Source: Candidatus Paceibacter sp. (GTDB taxonomy: Bacteria; Patescibacteriota; Minisyncoccia; Phycocordibacterales; BOKC01). Taken from it: DNA of 64,000 nt. The translations under genes and the position numbers were made by a program. Below the pieces are notes generated by a model. The model did not search any database. It worked only from the letters and a program-made list of their open reading frames with translations, and was not told the DNA's origin. Shown here in pieces: positions 33,726 to 43,071 of this stretch (position 1 is the first letter of the stretch; each line of letters opens with the position of its first letter). The stretch covers positions 3,103 to 67,102 of the forward strand of contig DYGD01000003.1 of the NCBI GenBank assembly GCA_020724885.1, read 5' to 3'.

Positions 33726-35693
33726 TTATTGGGGTTTTTTGTCTCCGCCTGCGTCTTTATCTTTCTTTTCCTCGTCTTTTATCAGTTTCTTGAGCGTATC
33801 TTCCAAGGAATCTTTGGGTCCTTCAATTTTTTCTCCGACCTTGGCCTTTCTTACTTTTTCGGCTATTTCCTTACGCCTCTTTTTGCTAAGAGAAACAAGT
33901 AGTGTGCCAGTTTTGACTTGTGTTTTTTTATCGGTAAAAGGTATCCTTATTTTTATTGAAGGTCCTTCTTCTATCTTGCTTGCGCTCAGTTCTTGGATTT
34001 CTTTAAGTATTTCAGGGTCTATTTTTCCTTCCCGCTTTATCTCTCTTTCTTGCTCCTCTTTCTTTTTTCTGGCTTCTTGTATCGCTTTGTCGTATTTTGC
34101 ATTTATTGAGGCAACAACATCAGCGCTTGAAGTCCCGAGTTTTTGCGCCCTCGCTTGCTCGATGTCTCTTCCGGCATTTATTGTTTGTTCGTCCGATTGG
34201 AGTTTGGTGTTTAATTCTTCTATTCTTTTTTCGGTAGTTTGCTCTCTCGCCTTACGCTCATTTGATTTTCTTTCTGCTTCAGCTTTTGCGCTGTCATAAG
34301 CCCCCTTTCTCTTCTTTGTCTTTGCGTTTAAATTAGCTCCTGAAGGCCCCTTGCTACCAAACTTGCTTTTGCCGACCGCGCCGAGAGGAGCTCTAAGAGC
34401 CGACCCAACCAGTGTGTTGCCGAAGCGGGTTTTTCCAAGCCACGAGTCCGCTCCCGCTGCCAATCTTCCGGTATGTCTTGCTGGCGCGCTGGCCACTCTT
34501 TTGCTCGCGTTGGTCGCCCATTTCACCGCTTTTTCTCCGCCTTGAACCCCGAGTATTTTTGCGGCGATTATTGAGAATATTGCCATGCCGATGATTATTA
34601 TGAAATTCAGAACCAATTGAATACTGCCTTCCTTACCCGGTTCAAAAACCCCCTTTTGACCTTCTGTTGGAATTAAATCTACAAAGGATGCTTGGTTGTT
34701 GCCAACCACATCGCCCAAGATAACTAAAGTAACCCAAATCAGGGCCAAAAAAGCTGGCGCAAAAATTGCTTGAGAAATCAGAGCGTCCCACCATTTCTTG
34801 GACCATTTGTCGTTGGGTAAGGCCATTGCGGCGAAAGCTAGTGGCGACAAGATCATCAAAAATATGAAAACAACGAATCTGATCACAAGAAGTATGGCGG
34901 CGGCGGCAAAAACAAAAGCAACAATCATAAAAAGAAGTGAGGCGAGAAATCCCAACAATAGAATATTTATAAAACCCTTTCGCCCTCCTAATAATTTCGC
35001 CGCTCCGGCAGGATCCAAAAAGCTCTGCATCCCGAGCTTCTGCATAAAAGCTCCGGAAAGCCCCATATCGCCACCCGCATCTTTTATTTGTTCGTAGAAA
35101 AAAGTCGCGGTTATATTGGAGGTGTCAATAACCACTTTGGTGAAAAACAAACTGAAATTCAAGAGTAGAGCCATAATGACCACATGGACCAAGAGTTTTT
35201 TGGTGGTGGCAGTATCCATCCGCAATATGGTCATTATGGCGATATAGAGAATAATGAAAATAAAGAATATGTTGGCCAGGTCCCTGAAGGTTGACCACGC
35301 AGTATTTATACTAACCATTCCTCTGACCATTTCAGACATTTCCACAATGGTGTAGCTTATTGTCGTGTTTAGCAATAATCCGGACAAACCGAGCACCCAG
35401 CCGGCTATCATGAGTAGTAAACCAGCGACCCAGCCGGCTAAAAATTCTGCTACCTTTTCACCACATTTAGATATGTTTCTAAGGCCACATTTGTCGTTAT
35501 CTGCTTCTATATGCGCGGATGAATTTGCACTGGTGCCGTGAGCAATTCCTGCGCTGTTAACAGAAGTATCTAGCGCATTTACAATATTTCTATCAAAATT
35601 GTCAAAAGGAAAGGGTGCCACTGCGGTAAACAAAAATACCCCGATCATTGCCAGAGAAAATATTATTTTCTGTTTTTTGTTGACGTTAAACAT
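33726..35693 (-). CDS. VirB6/TrbL-like polytopic inner-membrane protein with charged coiled-coil C-terminal tail
   Basis: 655 aa; signal/TM, about 6-7 TM helices in the central 300 aa, then a long K/E-rich hydrophilic tail; architecture of TrbL/VirB6. Confidence 0.55.
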   Translation of the reverse strand: MFNVNKKQKIIFSLAMIGVFLFTAVAPFPFDNFDRNIVNALDTSVNSAGIAHGTSANSSAHIEADNDKCGLRNISKCGEKVAEFLAGWVAGLLLMIAGWVLGLSGLLLNTTISYTIVEMSEMVRGMVSINTAWSTFRDLANIFFIFIILYIAIMTILRMDTATTKKLLVHVVIMALLLNFSLFFTKVVIDTSNITATFFYEQIKDAGGDMGLSGAFMQKLGMQSFLDPAGAAKLLGGRKGFINILLLGFLASLLFMIVAFVFAAAAILLVIRFVVFIFLMILSPLAFAAMALPNDKWSKKWWDALISQAIFAPAFLALIWVTLVILGDVVGNNQASFVDLIPTEGQKGVFEPGKEGSIQLVLNFIIIIGMAIFSIIAAKILGVQGGEKAVKWATNASKRVASAPARHTGRLAAGADSWLGKTRFGNTLVGSALRAPLGAVGKSKFGSKGPSGANLNAKTKKRKGAYDSAKAEAERKSNERKAREQTTEKRIEELNTKLQSDEQTINAGRDIEQARAQKLGTSSADVVASINAKYDKAIQEARKKKEEQEREIKREGKIDPEILKEIQELSASKIEEGPSIKIRIPFTDKKTQVKTGTLLVSLSKKRRKEIAEKVRKAKVGEKIEGPKDSLEDTLKKLIKDEEKKDKDAGGDKKPQ

Positions 35694-35695
35694 TT

Positions 35696-36982
35696 TTACA
35701 GCGCCTTAGTTCGTGCAATGACGGGCGATGAAAGATTTGATTCCCCCGCTTCATTGAAAGCCGAGATCTGATAGATGTATTCGGTGTCGGGCAATAGACC
35801 AACGTCGGTAAAAATGGTTTCAATGGTTGTGACGATCGCCTCCCCGTTTCTAAAAACTCGATAATTTATTGATCCAACTTGGCCGACTGACGCTTCCCAG
35901 CTCAAACTTATATTTGATTGGGTAATTTCTGTCGCGGTCAATTTTTCCGGAGTCAAAGGAACAAAACTTCTGGTCGGGACGATAAACTTGCCTTGGCTAT
36001 CTTTCTCTCGGGTGTCTGATGCCTCTTTTAAACCACCGCTACTCAAAACGCTGGTTATAAGATTGCTAGAAAGGGCTTGCAAAATCCGATCAAAACTATC
36101 GGCCGTTTCAAGCTCTCGTAATTCGGAGCCCAAAACCTGATCCAAGCTGTTGGCGATTGTTTTCCCGGGAGTGATGATGTTGCCCCCGTCGTCGGTTAGA
36201 GAAAAGAAGCCGTCGCCCCAATTCAACTTCATCAGTTCTATATTTTGAGCGCTGGAAATTCTGGCGCCGAGTTCTGTTTCGGCCGCCAACAGCGCGCCAT
36301 AAGCGTTGTTTTGTGGCTGAATAATTTGGAACCATCCGTCCCAACCGCCGACAGCAAAACCGTCCGGCTTGGTGAAAGCGGCATAATTTTCAGCATTACT
36401 GATGGCCCCATCAAGGGTGCAGGACCATTGAGATCTTTGAGGTTCAGAGCGACCACTGTAGCGGAAATCAAGTAAGCTTCTCAAATTAAAACCAAAATCA
36501 GGAATGTTGGTTTGAAATGGTTGACAGAGAGAATTAAGCCCAGACCCATTTATAAATTCACCGGAAACTTGGTCGGCAATATCCAAAAAATATCTGCTCG
36601 GATCGGAAACAAAAGCCGGACCACCGTTAAATTCAGAATAAATCCATTTGATCATACTACTTGTCAGTTGCCCGGTAATTTCGCTGGAAATCTGACGAGC
36701 AATAAAGTCATGACTGGTCGGCGCCAGCCCAGCGGCCATGCCTGGACTAGGAGACAGAGGATGAATGCCCGGCACCTGGCCGACTTCTTTGGCGGTTTGA
36801 GCGCCCGCGGCAATGGCGGTTTGCGTTTGCAAAGTATTGAGTTGAGTGCCAAGCAGGGCGTCAATCGGCACATACGGATACTGCTGGGCTTCCGAGAAAT
36901 TCGGGTTGGAAAAAATCCCCACAATCAACGCAAAAAAACCTGCCGAAACCAGCCCGTATTTTTTTCTTTTAGAAATGTTCAT
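35696..36982 (-). CDS. secreted protein with C-terminal fibronectin type III domain
   Basis: Signal peptide; C-terminal LTATEITQSNISLSWEASVGQVGSINYRVFRNGEAIV...TEYIYQISAFNEAGES is an FN3 fold signature. Confidence 0.55.
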   Translation of the reverse strand: MNISKRKKYGLVSAGFFALIVGIFSNPNFSEAQQYPYVPIDALLGTQLNTLQTQTAIAAGAQTAKEVGQVPGIHPLSPSPGMAAGLAPTSHDFIARQISSEITGQLTSSMIKWIYSEFNGGPAFVSDPSRYFLDIADQVSGEFINGSGLNSLCQPFQTNIPDFGFNLRSLLDFRYSGRSEPQRSQWSCTLDGAISNAENYAAFTKPDGFAVGGWDGWFQIIQPQNNAYGALLAAETELGARISSAQNIELMKLNWGDGFFSLTDDGGNIITPGKTIANSLDQVLGSELRELETADSFDRILQALSSNLITSVLSSGGLKEASDTREKDSQGKFIVPTRSFVPLTPEKLTATEITQSNISLSWEASVGQVGSINYRVFRNGEAIVTTIETIFTDVGLLPDTEYIYQISAFNEAGESNLSSPVIARTKAL

Positions 36983-36983
36983 T

Positions 36984-37883
36984 TTAATGAGCCGCGACTC
37001 TAACTTGGATTGCTCTTTCTATCACATACCCAAGCTCGTCTTCCGAAAAAACAATCTTGTTTTTTTTCAGATAGCTGTCAATTTGTTTCAAGGCCTCATG
37101 CAGGTCGGCGCCGTAGCCGGCGTAATTGGTCAAGACCAAAATTCCGTCAATCGGGTCAATCAAAACCGACTCAAAGTTTTGCACGCTGTTTTTGACTCCA
37201 TTTAAGGCATTGATCATATTCAAATGACCGGAAGAGATTTCAGCCGGAACTTCGGTTTTCAAATATTCCGCAATCAAGTTGTTGTAATTTTTGACGACCG
37301 CTTCAAGCGCTATCAAGTCGGCCGAATTTTTGGACATCATTGCCTTGGCAAGTATTTCGCTCGGGTCGGTGGTCTCGCCAGCGAAAGCGTATTTGACAGC
37401 GATTTCTCCGATTTTGTTGCCATAATTGCGGAGCGATTCGGAGTCATTCTTTCCTGTTATTTTCAGGTCGGAAATTTGATAACTTGGCGCCGCTTTTCTT
37501 GCTATCTCGCGGTCAACCGGATTTTTCTGTAAGACATTTTCCACCAAAACGCTTTCATTGGGCTTCTGGTCGGCTAGAAAAAATTCTTCCAAAACACTCT
37601 TTGCCAATTCTTCTGAATAAGCCCCACTGACTCTGGGGATGATATTTTTTTGTCGAGCTAGAATATTTTTCTCCCAATCGGATAAAGTATTTTTATCGGT
37701 CGTCCCGACTCCGTTAGCCGATAAAAGCACTGGCTCGGCTTTGTAGCTTACACTGCCGGCGACACCATCGTGCCACTTATAAGACAGAGACCCCAAAATA
37801 ATGAAGGCAGAAAAGATTCCGGCGCTTGTAATCGCAAATATTTTTTTATTCTTTCGGGAGTTAAGCATAGAATTCAAGAACAT
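36984..37883 (-). CDS. membrane-anchored hypothetical protein (300 aa)
   Basis: Start set at ATG 37883 (MFLNSMLNSRKNKKIFAITSAGIFSAFIILGSL TM anchor); a TATAAT overlaps the start (possible leaderless mRNA); the track ORF extends to 38186. Confidence 0.45.
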   Translation of the reverse strand: MFLNSMLNSRKNKKIFAITSAGIFSAFIILGSLSYKWHDGVAGSVSYKAEPVLLSANGVGTTDKNTLSDWEKNILARQKNIIPRVSGAYSEELAKSVLEEFFLADQKPNESVLVENVLQKNPVDREIARKAAPSYQISDLKITGKNDSESLRNYGNKIGEIAVKYAFAGETTDPSEILAKAMMSKNSADLIALEAVVKNYNNLIAEYLKTEVPAEISSGHLNMINALNGVKNSVQNFESVLIDPIDGILVLTNYAGYGADLHEALKQIDSYLKKNKIVFSEDELGYVIERAIQVRVAAH

Positions 37884-38025
37884 TATACCAAAAAAACCGC
37901 CATTTTTTATTTTTATTTTTGTTGTGTGGATTGCTACGGACGACCTGACTTGTTGGGGTTTGTTCGGGTATCCCGCCACCACTTTGCCTTTTTCGGCAGA
38001 ACCTATAAAATGGAGGTTATTGGAT

Positions 38026-39093
38026 ATGGGCTTTAAAAGATTTTTAAAACCGTTCTTAAAATATTTGTTTGTGGTCGCCCTGTTTTTGGTTTTAATGTTG
38101 GCCGGAATTAATTTCGGTTTTTTGCAGAAGGATTTCCAGCCCGCGGTTGTTTTTCTGTCGGAATATTTTGATTTTTCAAAACTCAAGCTCGCCGAAGCAT
38201 CGATCCACTTTTTCTTTTTGTTTCCATCGGATAATTGCCGAGAGATAACTTACTCATACGGTGTGTTTCCTGAAAAAATGCCATCTTGTTACGGCATTTT
38301 TAATTCTTGGCGCAAATGGGGTTTTGACATTGACAGCGACTCTCATCCTCTTTGGCTGGTTTGGAATTATTGGCAAGAAAACACGGAACGGCGCCGACCG
38401 ATTACTTTTGGAGAATGGGAAACAGGGGCTTTACAGATGGGTTCTTCCTGGGCACCCTTTATGGAAAAATACGAAGGTTCGGTTGATGATATTCATAATC
38501 CTTGCCACGAAATCACTCTTTATTATACTTCTGATCCAAATTATACCGGGAGTTTTTACAACAAAGGATGGGGTAGTTATGGAGATTATTACAAAAGATG
38601 CGAAGAGAAATTCAATGAAACCAGCGGTTTTGAGTATGACGACCCCGACCACCCGCTCTGGCTTTTCTGGCAGATGTGGGATTCTGACGAAAAGGCGGAT
38701 AATCAGCGTTCCCAATTACCCCCTCTCTTTGATCAGTGGGAAACTGGCGCCGGTCTCTTAGCCCAAAGTGGTTGGGATTTTGCTAGGCAACCTTTTTTCA
38801 GCAGTTTGCCGGGTTTCGGAGGTAATCTTTCCATAGTTCATGATTGTACTTGCTATTTTAAAGACAAGTTGTTTTATATGACTCCTGTTCCTGGCAGTTG
38901 GTCGGGTCCGTATCTGGTCACGCCATCTTCAGATTTGCACCCGATTTATGGCAATATTTCGCCGGGTCGGTGGGTTCTTGGCGATGTCAATTCCGGCGGG
39001 GTTTGTATGATGCGCTCTAATACGGGCTGTTATCCGATCCCGACTATGTTTAAAGTTCAGCCACGCCCGGCCGGAATAGGCACCAGTCAGTGA
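38026..39093 (+). CDS. membrane-anchored protein with tandem Trp-rich repeats (355 aa)
   Basis: Start at ATG 38026 with GGAGG RBS; TM anchor; two copies of D(S/P)D(S/H)HPLWL(V/F)W..W...(F/L)(G/D)(E/Q)WETGA; several Cys. Confidence 0.5.
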   Translation: MGFKRFLKPFLKYLFVVALFLVLMLAGINFGFLQKDFQPAVVFLSEYFDFSKLKLAEASIHFFFLFPSDNCREITYSYGVFPEKMPSCYGIFNSWRKWGFDIDSDSHPLWLVWNYWQENTERRRPITFGEWETGALQMGSSWAPFMEKYEGSVDDIHNPCHEITLYYTSDPNYTGSFYNKGWGSYGDYYKRCEEKFNETSGFEYDDPDHPLWLFWQMWDSDEKADNQRSQLPPLFDQWETGAGLLAQSGWDFARQPFFSSLPGFGGNLSIVHDCTCYFKDKLFYMTPVPGSWSGPYLVTPSSDLHPIYGNISPGRWVLGDVNSGGVCMMRSNTGCYPIPTMFKVQPRPAGIGTSQ

Positions 39094-39902
39094 CAGATAT
39101 TTTTCACCAAACAGCCCCAGTTTTCCAAAGATAAATTTTCGGCGCGGACTTTCTCATTGAGCCCGCAGGTTTTAAAAACTTCTTCAATTTTTTCCGGTGT
39201 CGCAAACCGCAAAAGTTTTTTGTTCAAGACCTTTCTTTTTTGAGCAAAACCGGCTTTTAGAATTTCAAAAAATTCTTGTTCGTTGATTTTATTATGTCTA
39301 AAAAAATCTCTGCTGATTTTCGAGATAAGTAGAATTGCCGAATCAACTTTTGGTGCCGGCCGAAACGCGCCGGCTTTTACTGTTTGAATATATTTGGGCT
39401 CTCCAAAACATTTGATGCTCAAAGACAGGACACTTTGACGATCGTCAGGGTGTCCATATCCGGCAATTCTTCTAGCCACTTCTTTTTGGAGCATTAGGAC
39501 CATTAATTTTGGCTGGTTTTCGGCTTGCAAAAATTTCCGCAAAAACTTTCCGGTGATGTAGTAAGGTAAATTCGCAACGATCTTATAAGGTTCTGTTGAA
39601 AATTGAAAATTGAAAATTGGAGTTTCTAAAACGTCTCCGTGTATGAGTTCAAATCTAGAGTCAGAAATTTCATCAGAAAATTTGTTTTTCAGAAAATCTA
39701 TTAGCCGGTCGTCTTTTTCAACGGCGATAACCTTGCCAGCGGCTTTTAAAATCTCTTCGGTCAGAATTCCCTCACCCGGGCCGATTTCCAATACCAAATC
39801 TTTGCCGGTTATTTCTCCAATCACAACCATCTTTCGCAAAATTGTTCTATCACGCAAAAAATTTTGCCCCAGTGTTTTTTTTGTCTTGATTTTTTCGTCC
39901 AT
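39087..39902 (-). CDS. ksgA: 16S rRNA (adenine1518/1519-N6)-dimethyltransferase
   Basis: 271 aa; TLGQNFLRDRTILRKMV...VLEIGPGEGILTEEIL SAM motif. Confidence 0.85.
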   Translation of the reverse strand: MDEKIKTKKTLGQNFLRDRTILRKMVVIGEITGKDLVLEIGPGEGILTEEILKAAGKVIAVEKDDRLIDFLKNKFSDEISDSRFELIHGDVLETPIFNFQFSTEPYKIVANLPYYITGKFLRKFLQAENQPKLMVLMLQKEVARRIAGYGHPDDRQSVLSLSIKCFGEPKYIQTVKAGAFRPAPKVDSAILLISKISRDFFRHNKINEQEFFEILKAGFAQKRKVLNKKLLRFATPEKIEEVFKTCGLNEKVRAENLSLENWGCLVKNICH

Positions 39903-39903
39903 T

Positions 39904-41838
39904 TTAAAATTCTATGTTCAGCAATCCGCCGGACGCTCCGCTTGTTCCCACTCCGGTTTCAATTAAGGCCGCTGGAATATCGTTTATGAATGATGACGGC
40001 AAGTTGTAGACATTAGCTCCGAAGATCCCTCTTTTTACCGAGTAAGATAAGAAAACTTTTTTTCTGGCTCGGGTCAGGGCGACATAAAATAATCTCCGCT
40101 CTTCTTCCTTTTCTTCTTCGTTTGAGTCAGATTTTTTATAAGGAAAAAGTTCCTCCTCCAGTCCACTGATGAAAACATAGTCAAATTCCAGACCCTTGGC
40201 GGCGTGGACTGTCATTAGCTTTATGTTTTCCGCGCTTTTGTTCAGCCCGTCTTGGTCGCTGGCGAGGGCGATATCGTCTAAAAACTTATTCAGAGCTTCA
40301 GTCGGACTGCCGAAACCGTATCGGCCGGCAAAATTTACAAGTTCAAAAATGTTTTCCAATCTTTCTTTTTCTTCCTGGCCGCCGGATTCAAGGTGTGTTT
40401 TCCAGCCGCTTTTTTCAAGGGTAAAATTTATCAATTCGGCTGGGAATTTGTTGGCGGCCTCGGCTTTTATAGTTTTTAGGAGGTCTCTAAATTTTGCGAT
40501 CTTCTCTCGCATTCCTCTATTAAGTCCCTCTTCCCGACCGGCCAAAATTTTTTCTAAAGCCGTTTTGCCGAGACCTCTTGGCGGGACGTTGATGATTCTT
40601 TTTATATCGGAGAATGATTTTTCATTCATAGCTGACCTTAAATAAGAAACCACGTCTTTCACCTCTTTCCTTTCAAAGAATTTTGTGCCGACAACCTGAT
40701 ACGGCAACCCTTCTTCCATAAAAACTTCTTCCAACGCTCGTGATTGAAAATTTGCGCGGTAAAGAACCGCAATTTCTCCGGTATTTCCGCCATTCTCTAT
40801 TATTTTTCTAATCGTCAAGGCGATTTTTCCGGCCTCGTTATTTTCATCCAACGCTTCCGTTAGGGATATTTTTTCACCACTGTTGTTTTTGGTGAAAAGT
40901 TTTTTTTCTATCCTGAATTTATTTTTGCCGATAACAGAATTTGCGGCGTCAAGAATGTTTTGACTGGATCGATAATTTTCCTCAAGTAGGATAATTTTTG
41001 CTTCCGGATAATCTTTTTCAAAATCAATTAAGTTTTTAAATCTGGCGCCTCGAAAACTGTAAATGCACTGGTCATGGTCACCGACGACGCAGATGTTTCT
41101 GTGTTTGTCTGACAGCAACTTTGCGATCGCGTATTGGGCTTTGTTCGTGTCTTGATATTCGTCAATGTGTATGTACTGCCATCTGTTTTGATATTGGTTT
41201 TTTATGTTTTCGTTTCTTAACAATTTTTCTGTTTTGAGCAGGAGGTCGTCAAAATCAAGGGCCCCCTCTCTCTTTAGTATTTTTTCGTATTCTTGCCAGA
41301 CCTTGAAGATCTCCCGACTTAAATACGCCTCGTTACCATCTTCATCTATTGTGTTTTCAAATTCTTCAATAGATCTAAGCTCTCCCTTTTGTTTTGAAAT
41401 TATATTTAAAACCGCTCCCGGCGAGAGGTTTTCTTCCCCCACCTTCTTTAGCGATTCTCTCACTGCCTTTTTGGATTCGTCTCTGTCAAAAATTTTGAAA
41501 TACCTGTTTAACCCCAAACTTTCGGCGTTTTCCCGAATGATTCTAACTCCCAAGGCGTGAAATGTGCCTATGAAAGGCGCGCGGTCTGATTGATGATTGT
41601 CTGTGTTTTTATGCAAAAGAGCGAGGACTCTGACTCTCATCTCTTCCGCGGCTTTGTTCGTAAAAGTTATTGCCAGTATTTTTTCTGGTGAAACCCCGCT
41701 TTTTATTAGATGAAAAATTCTTCTGGTTATTGTTTTTGTCTTGCCGGCACCGGCACCAGCCACTATTAGGACAGGCCCCTCGGTCGTTTTGACCGCCTCT
41801 TCTTGTTTGGGGTTCAAATTTTCTTCTGGATTATCCAT
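39904..41838 (-). CDS. UvrD/PcrA/Rep-family ATP-dependent DNA helicase
   Basis: Motif I AGAGAGKTKTITRRI, motif II/III DEYQDTN...GDHDQCIYSFRGA, motif VI VALTRAR; start set at ATG 41838. Confidence 0.85.
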   Translation of the reverse strand: MDNPEENLNPKQEEAVKTTEGPVLIVAGAGAGKTKTITRRIFHLIKSGVSPEKILAITFTNKAAEEMRVRVLALLHKNTDNHQSDRAPFIGTFHALGVRIIRENAESLGLNRYFKIFDRDESKKAVRESLKKVGEENLSPGAVLNIISKQKGELRSIEEFENTIDEDGNEAYLSREIFKVWQEYEKILKREGALDFDDLLLKTEKLLRNENIKNQYQNRWQYIHIDEYQDTNKAQYAIAKLLSDKHRNICVVGDHDQCIYSFRGARFKNLIDFEKDYPEAKIILLEENYRSSQNILDAANSVIGKNKFRIEKKLFTKNNSGEKISLTEALDENNEAGKIALTIRKIIENGGNTGEIAVLYRANFQSRALEEVFMEEGLPYQVVGTKFFERKEVKDVVSYLRSAMNEKSFSDIKRIINVPPRGLGKTALEKILAGREEGLNRGMREKIAKFRDLLKTIKAEAANKFPAELINFTLEKSGWKTHLESGGQEEKERLENIFELVNFAGRYGFGSPTEALNKFLDDIALASDQDGLNKSAENIKLMTVHAAKGLEFDYVFISGLEEELFPYKKSDSNEEEKEEERRLFYVALTRARKKVFLSYSVKRGIFGANVYNLPSSFINDIPAALIETGVGTSGASGGLLNIEF

Positions 41839-41902
41839 AAAATTGCCGGACTGTGATATCCACACACTTTTTTGCGATCTATTGACCGGACTGGTGGTAT
41901 GT

Positions 41903-42057
41903 ATATAATGGCAAGTATACCAGAAAACGGACTCGGCTGGATTATAAAGCGAGAGGGGGGCCAGAACGTCTGATTTATCATTTATTTAAGCAATATTTTA
42001 GCTAATTCTAAGTATCCTGACCCCCTAGGGTCTCAAAGCGGGGGGCGGAAAAATAAT
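41903..42057 (+). promoter_or_regulatory. promoter (TTGACC-16-TATAAT, 41903-41930) plus about 120-nt structured leader of the M23/LysM peptidase gene
   Basis: Leader has a C-run (42028-42033) that can pair either with an upstream G6 run (41978-41983, inside GAGAGGGGGGCCAG) or with the downstream G6 run (42044-42049) next to the RBS. Confidence 0.45.
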
Positions 42058-43050
42058 TTGTTTTTGAATCAGCCCTTTTTGGGTGTTTTTGGCTTGTTTT
42101 TGCTTGTGATTATCCCTTTTTTGGCTCAAGCCAACATCTTCCAGCGGATTTTTGATCGTGATAGGCATAATGAACCCGCGCAACTGCCAAACTCACAACA
42201 AATGGAATTGCTGGCACCGCCACTATCCCCCTTTAATTCAATTGGTGGTGGAGATATCACTATAGTTGACGGGGCTCTTTCAGCAGAGACCGGCTTTAGT
42301 GGTAGCTTGTTCTCTGAACCCGGCCGGAAGAGTGTTTATACCGTGAAAGAAGGAGAAACCTTATCAGAAATAGCCGAGATGTTTGGAATTTCTACAAACA
42401 CTTTAAGATGGAGTAATGATATCTCAGGCAGTACCATTAGGCCGGGACAAATTTTAACAATTCTACCTGTTTCCGGGGTGTCACATATTATTAAATCGGG
42501 TGATACTTTGCAAAAAATTGCCTCCCAATATAAGGGAGATTTAGAGGGAATCGCTTTTTACAATAATATTTCCAGAGACGCTAAGCTGGCTATTGGAACT
42601 GAAATCATAATCCCGGATGGAGTTATTCCGGCCGCCGCTCCATCTCCAAAGATTTCTACCTCTGTGGCGTCCAGACCGTCCACTGAAACAGCGGCGCAAG
42701 TCGGCTATTATATCAGGCCAGTTGTCGGAGGATATAGAAGTCAGGGGTTGCACTCTCAAAACGCGGTTGACATAGCGGTTTCCTTCGGCACTCCGATTCG
42801 GGCCGCCGCTAATGGCGTTGTAGACGCAATTTGTAATGGCTGGTGCGCCGGTTACGGCAATTTTGTCTTAATTGCTCATCCAAACGGTACCAAGACTAGA
42901 TATGCTCATAATAGTAAAAATCTTGTTATTGAGGGCCAACAGGTTTCTCAGGGAGAAATAATCGCTGAAGTCGGATCTACTGGTCGTTCAAGCGGTCCGC
43001 ATGTTCACTTTGAAATTGTCGGCCGTAATGCTCCAAGAAACCCATTTTAA
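42058..43050 (+). CDS. secreted LysM-LysM-M23 peptidoglycan endopeptidase
   Basis: TTG start; signal peptide; two LysM repeats (YTVKEGETLSEIAEMFGIS..., HIIKSGDTLQKIASQYKGD...); M23 core HPNGTKTRYAHNSKN...GSTGRSSGPHVHFEI. Confidence 0.85.
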   Translation: MFLNQPFLGVFGLFLLVIIPFLAQANIFQRIFDRDRHNEPAQLPNSQQMELLAPPLSPFNSIGGGDITIVDGALSAETGFSGSLFSEPGRKSVYTVKEGETLSEIAEMFGISTNTLRWSNDISGSTIRPGQILTILPVSGVSHIIKSGDTLQKIASQYKGDLEGIAFYNNISRDAKLAIGTEIIIPDGVIPAAAPSPKISTSVASRPSTETAAQVGYYIRPVVGGYRSQGLHSQNAVDIAVSFGTPIRAAANGVVDAICNGWCAGYGNFVLIAHPNGTKTRYAHNSKNLVIEGQQVSQGEIIAEVGSTGRSSGPHVHFEIVGRNAPRNPF

Positions 43051-43071
43051 AATAAAGGCAGGGCAAACCTA

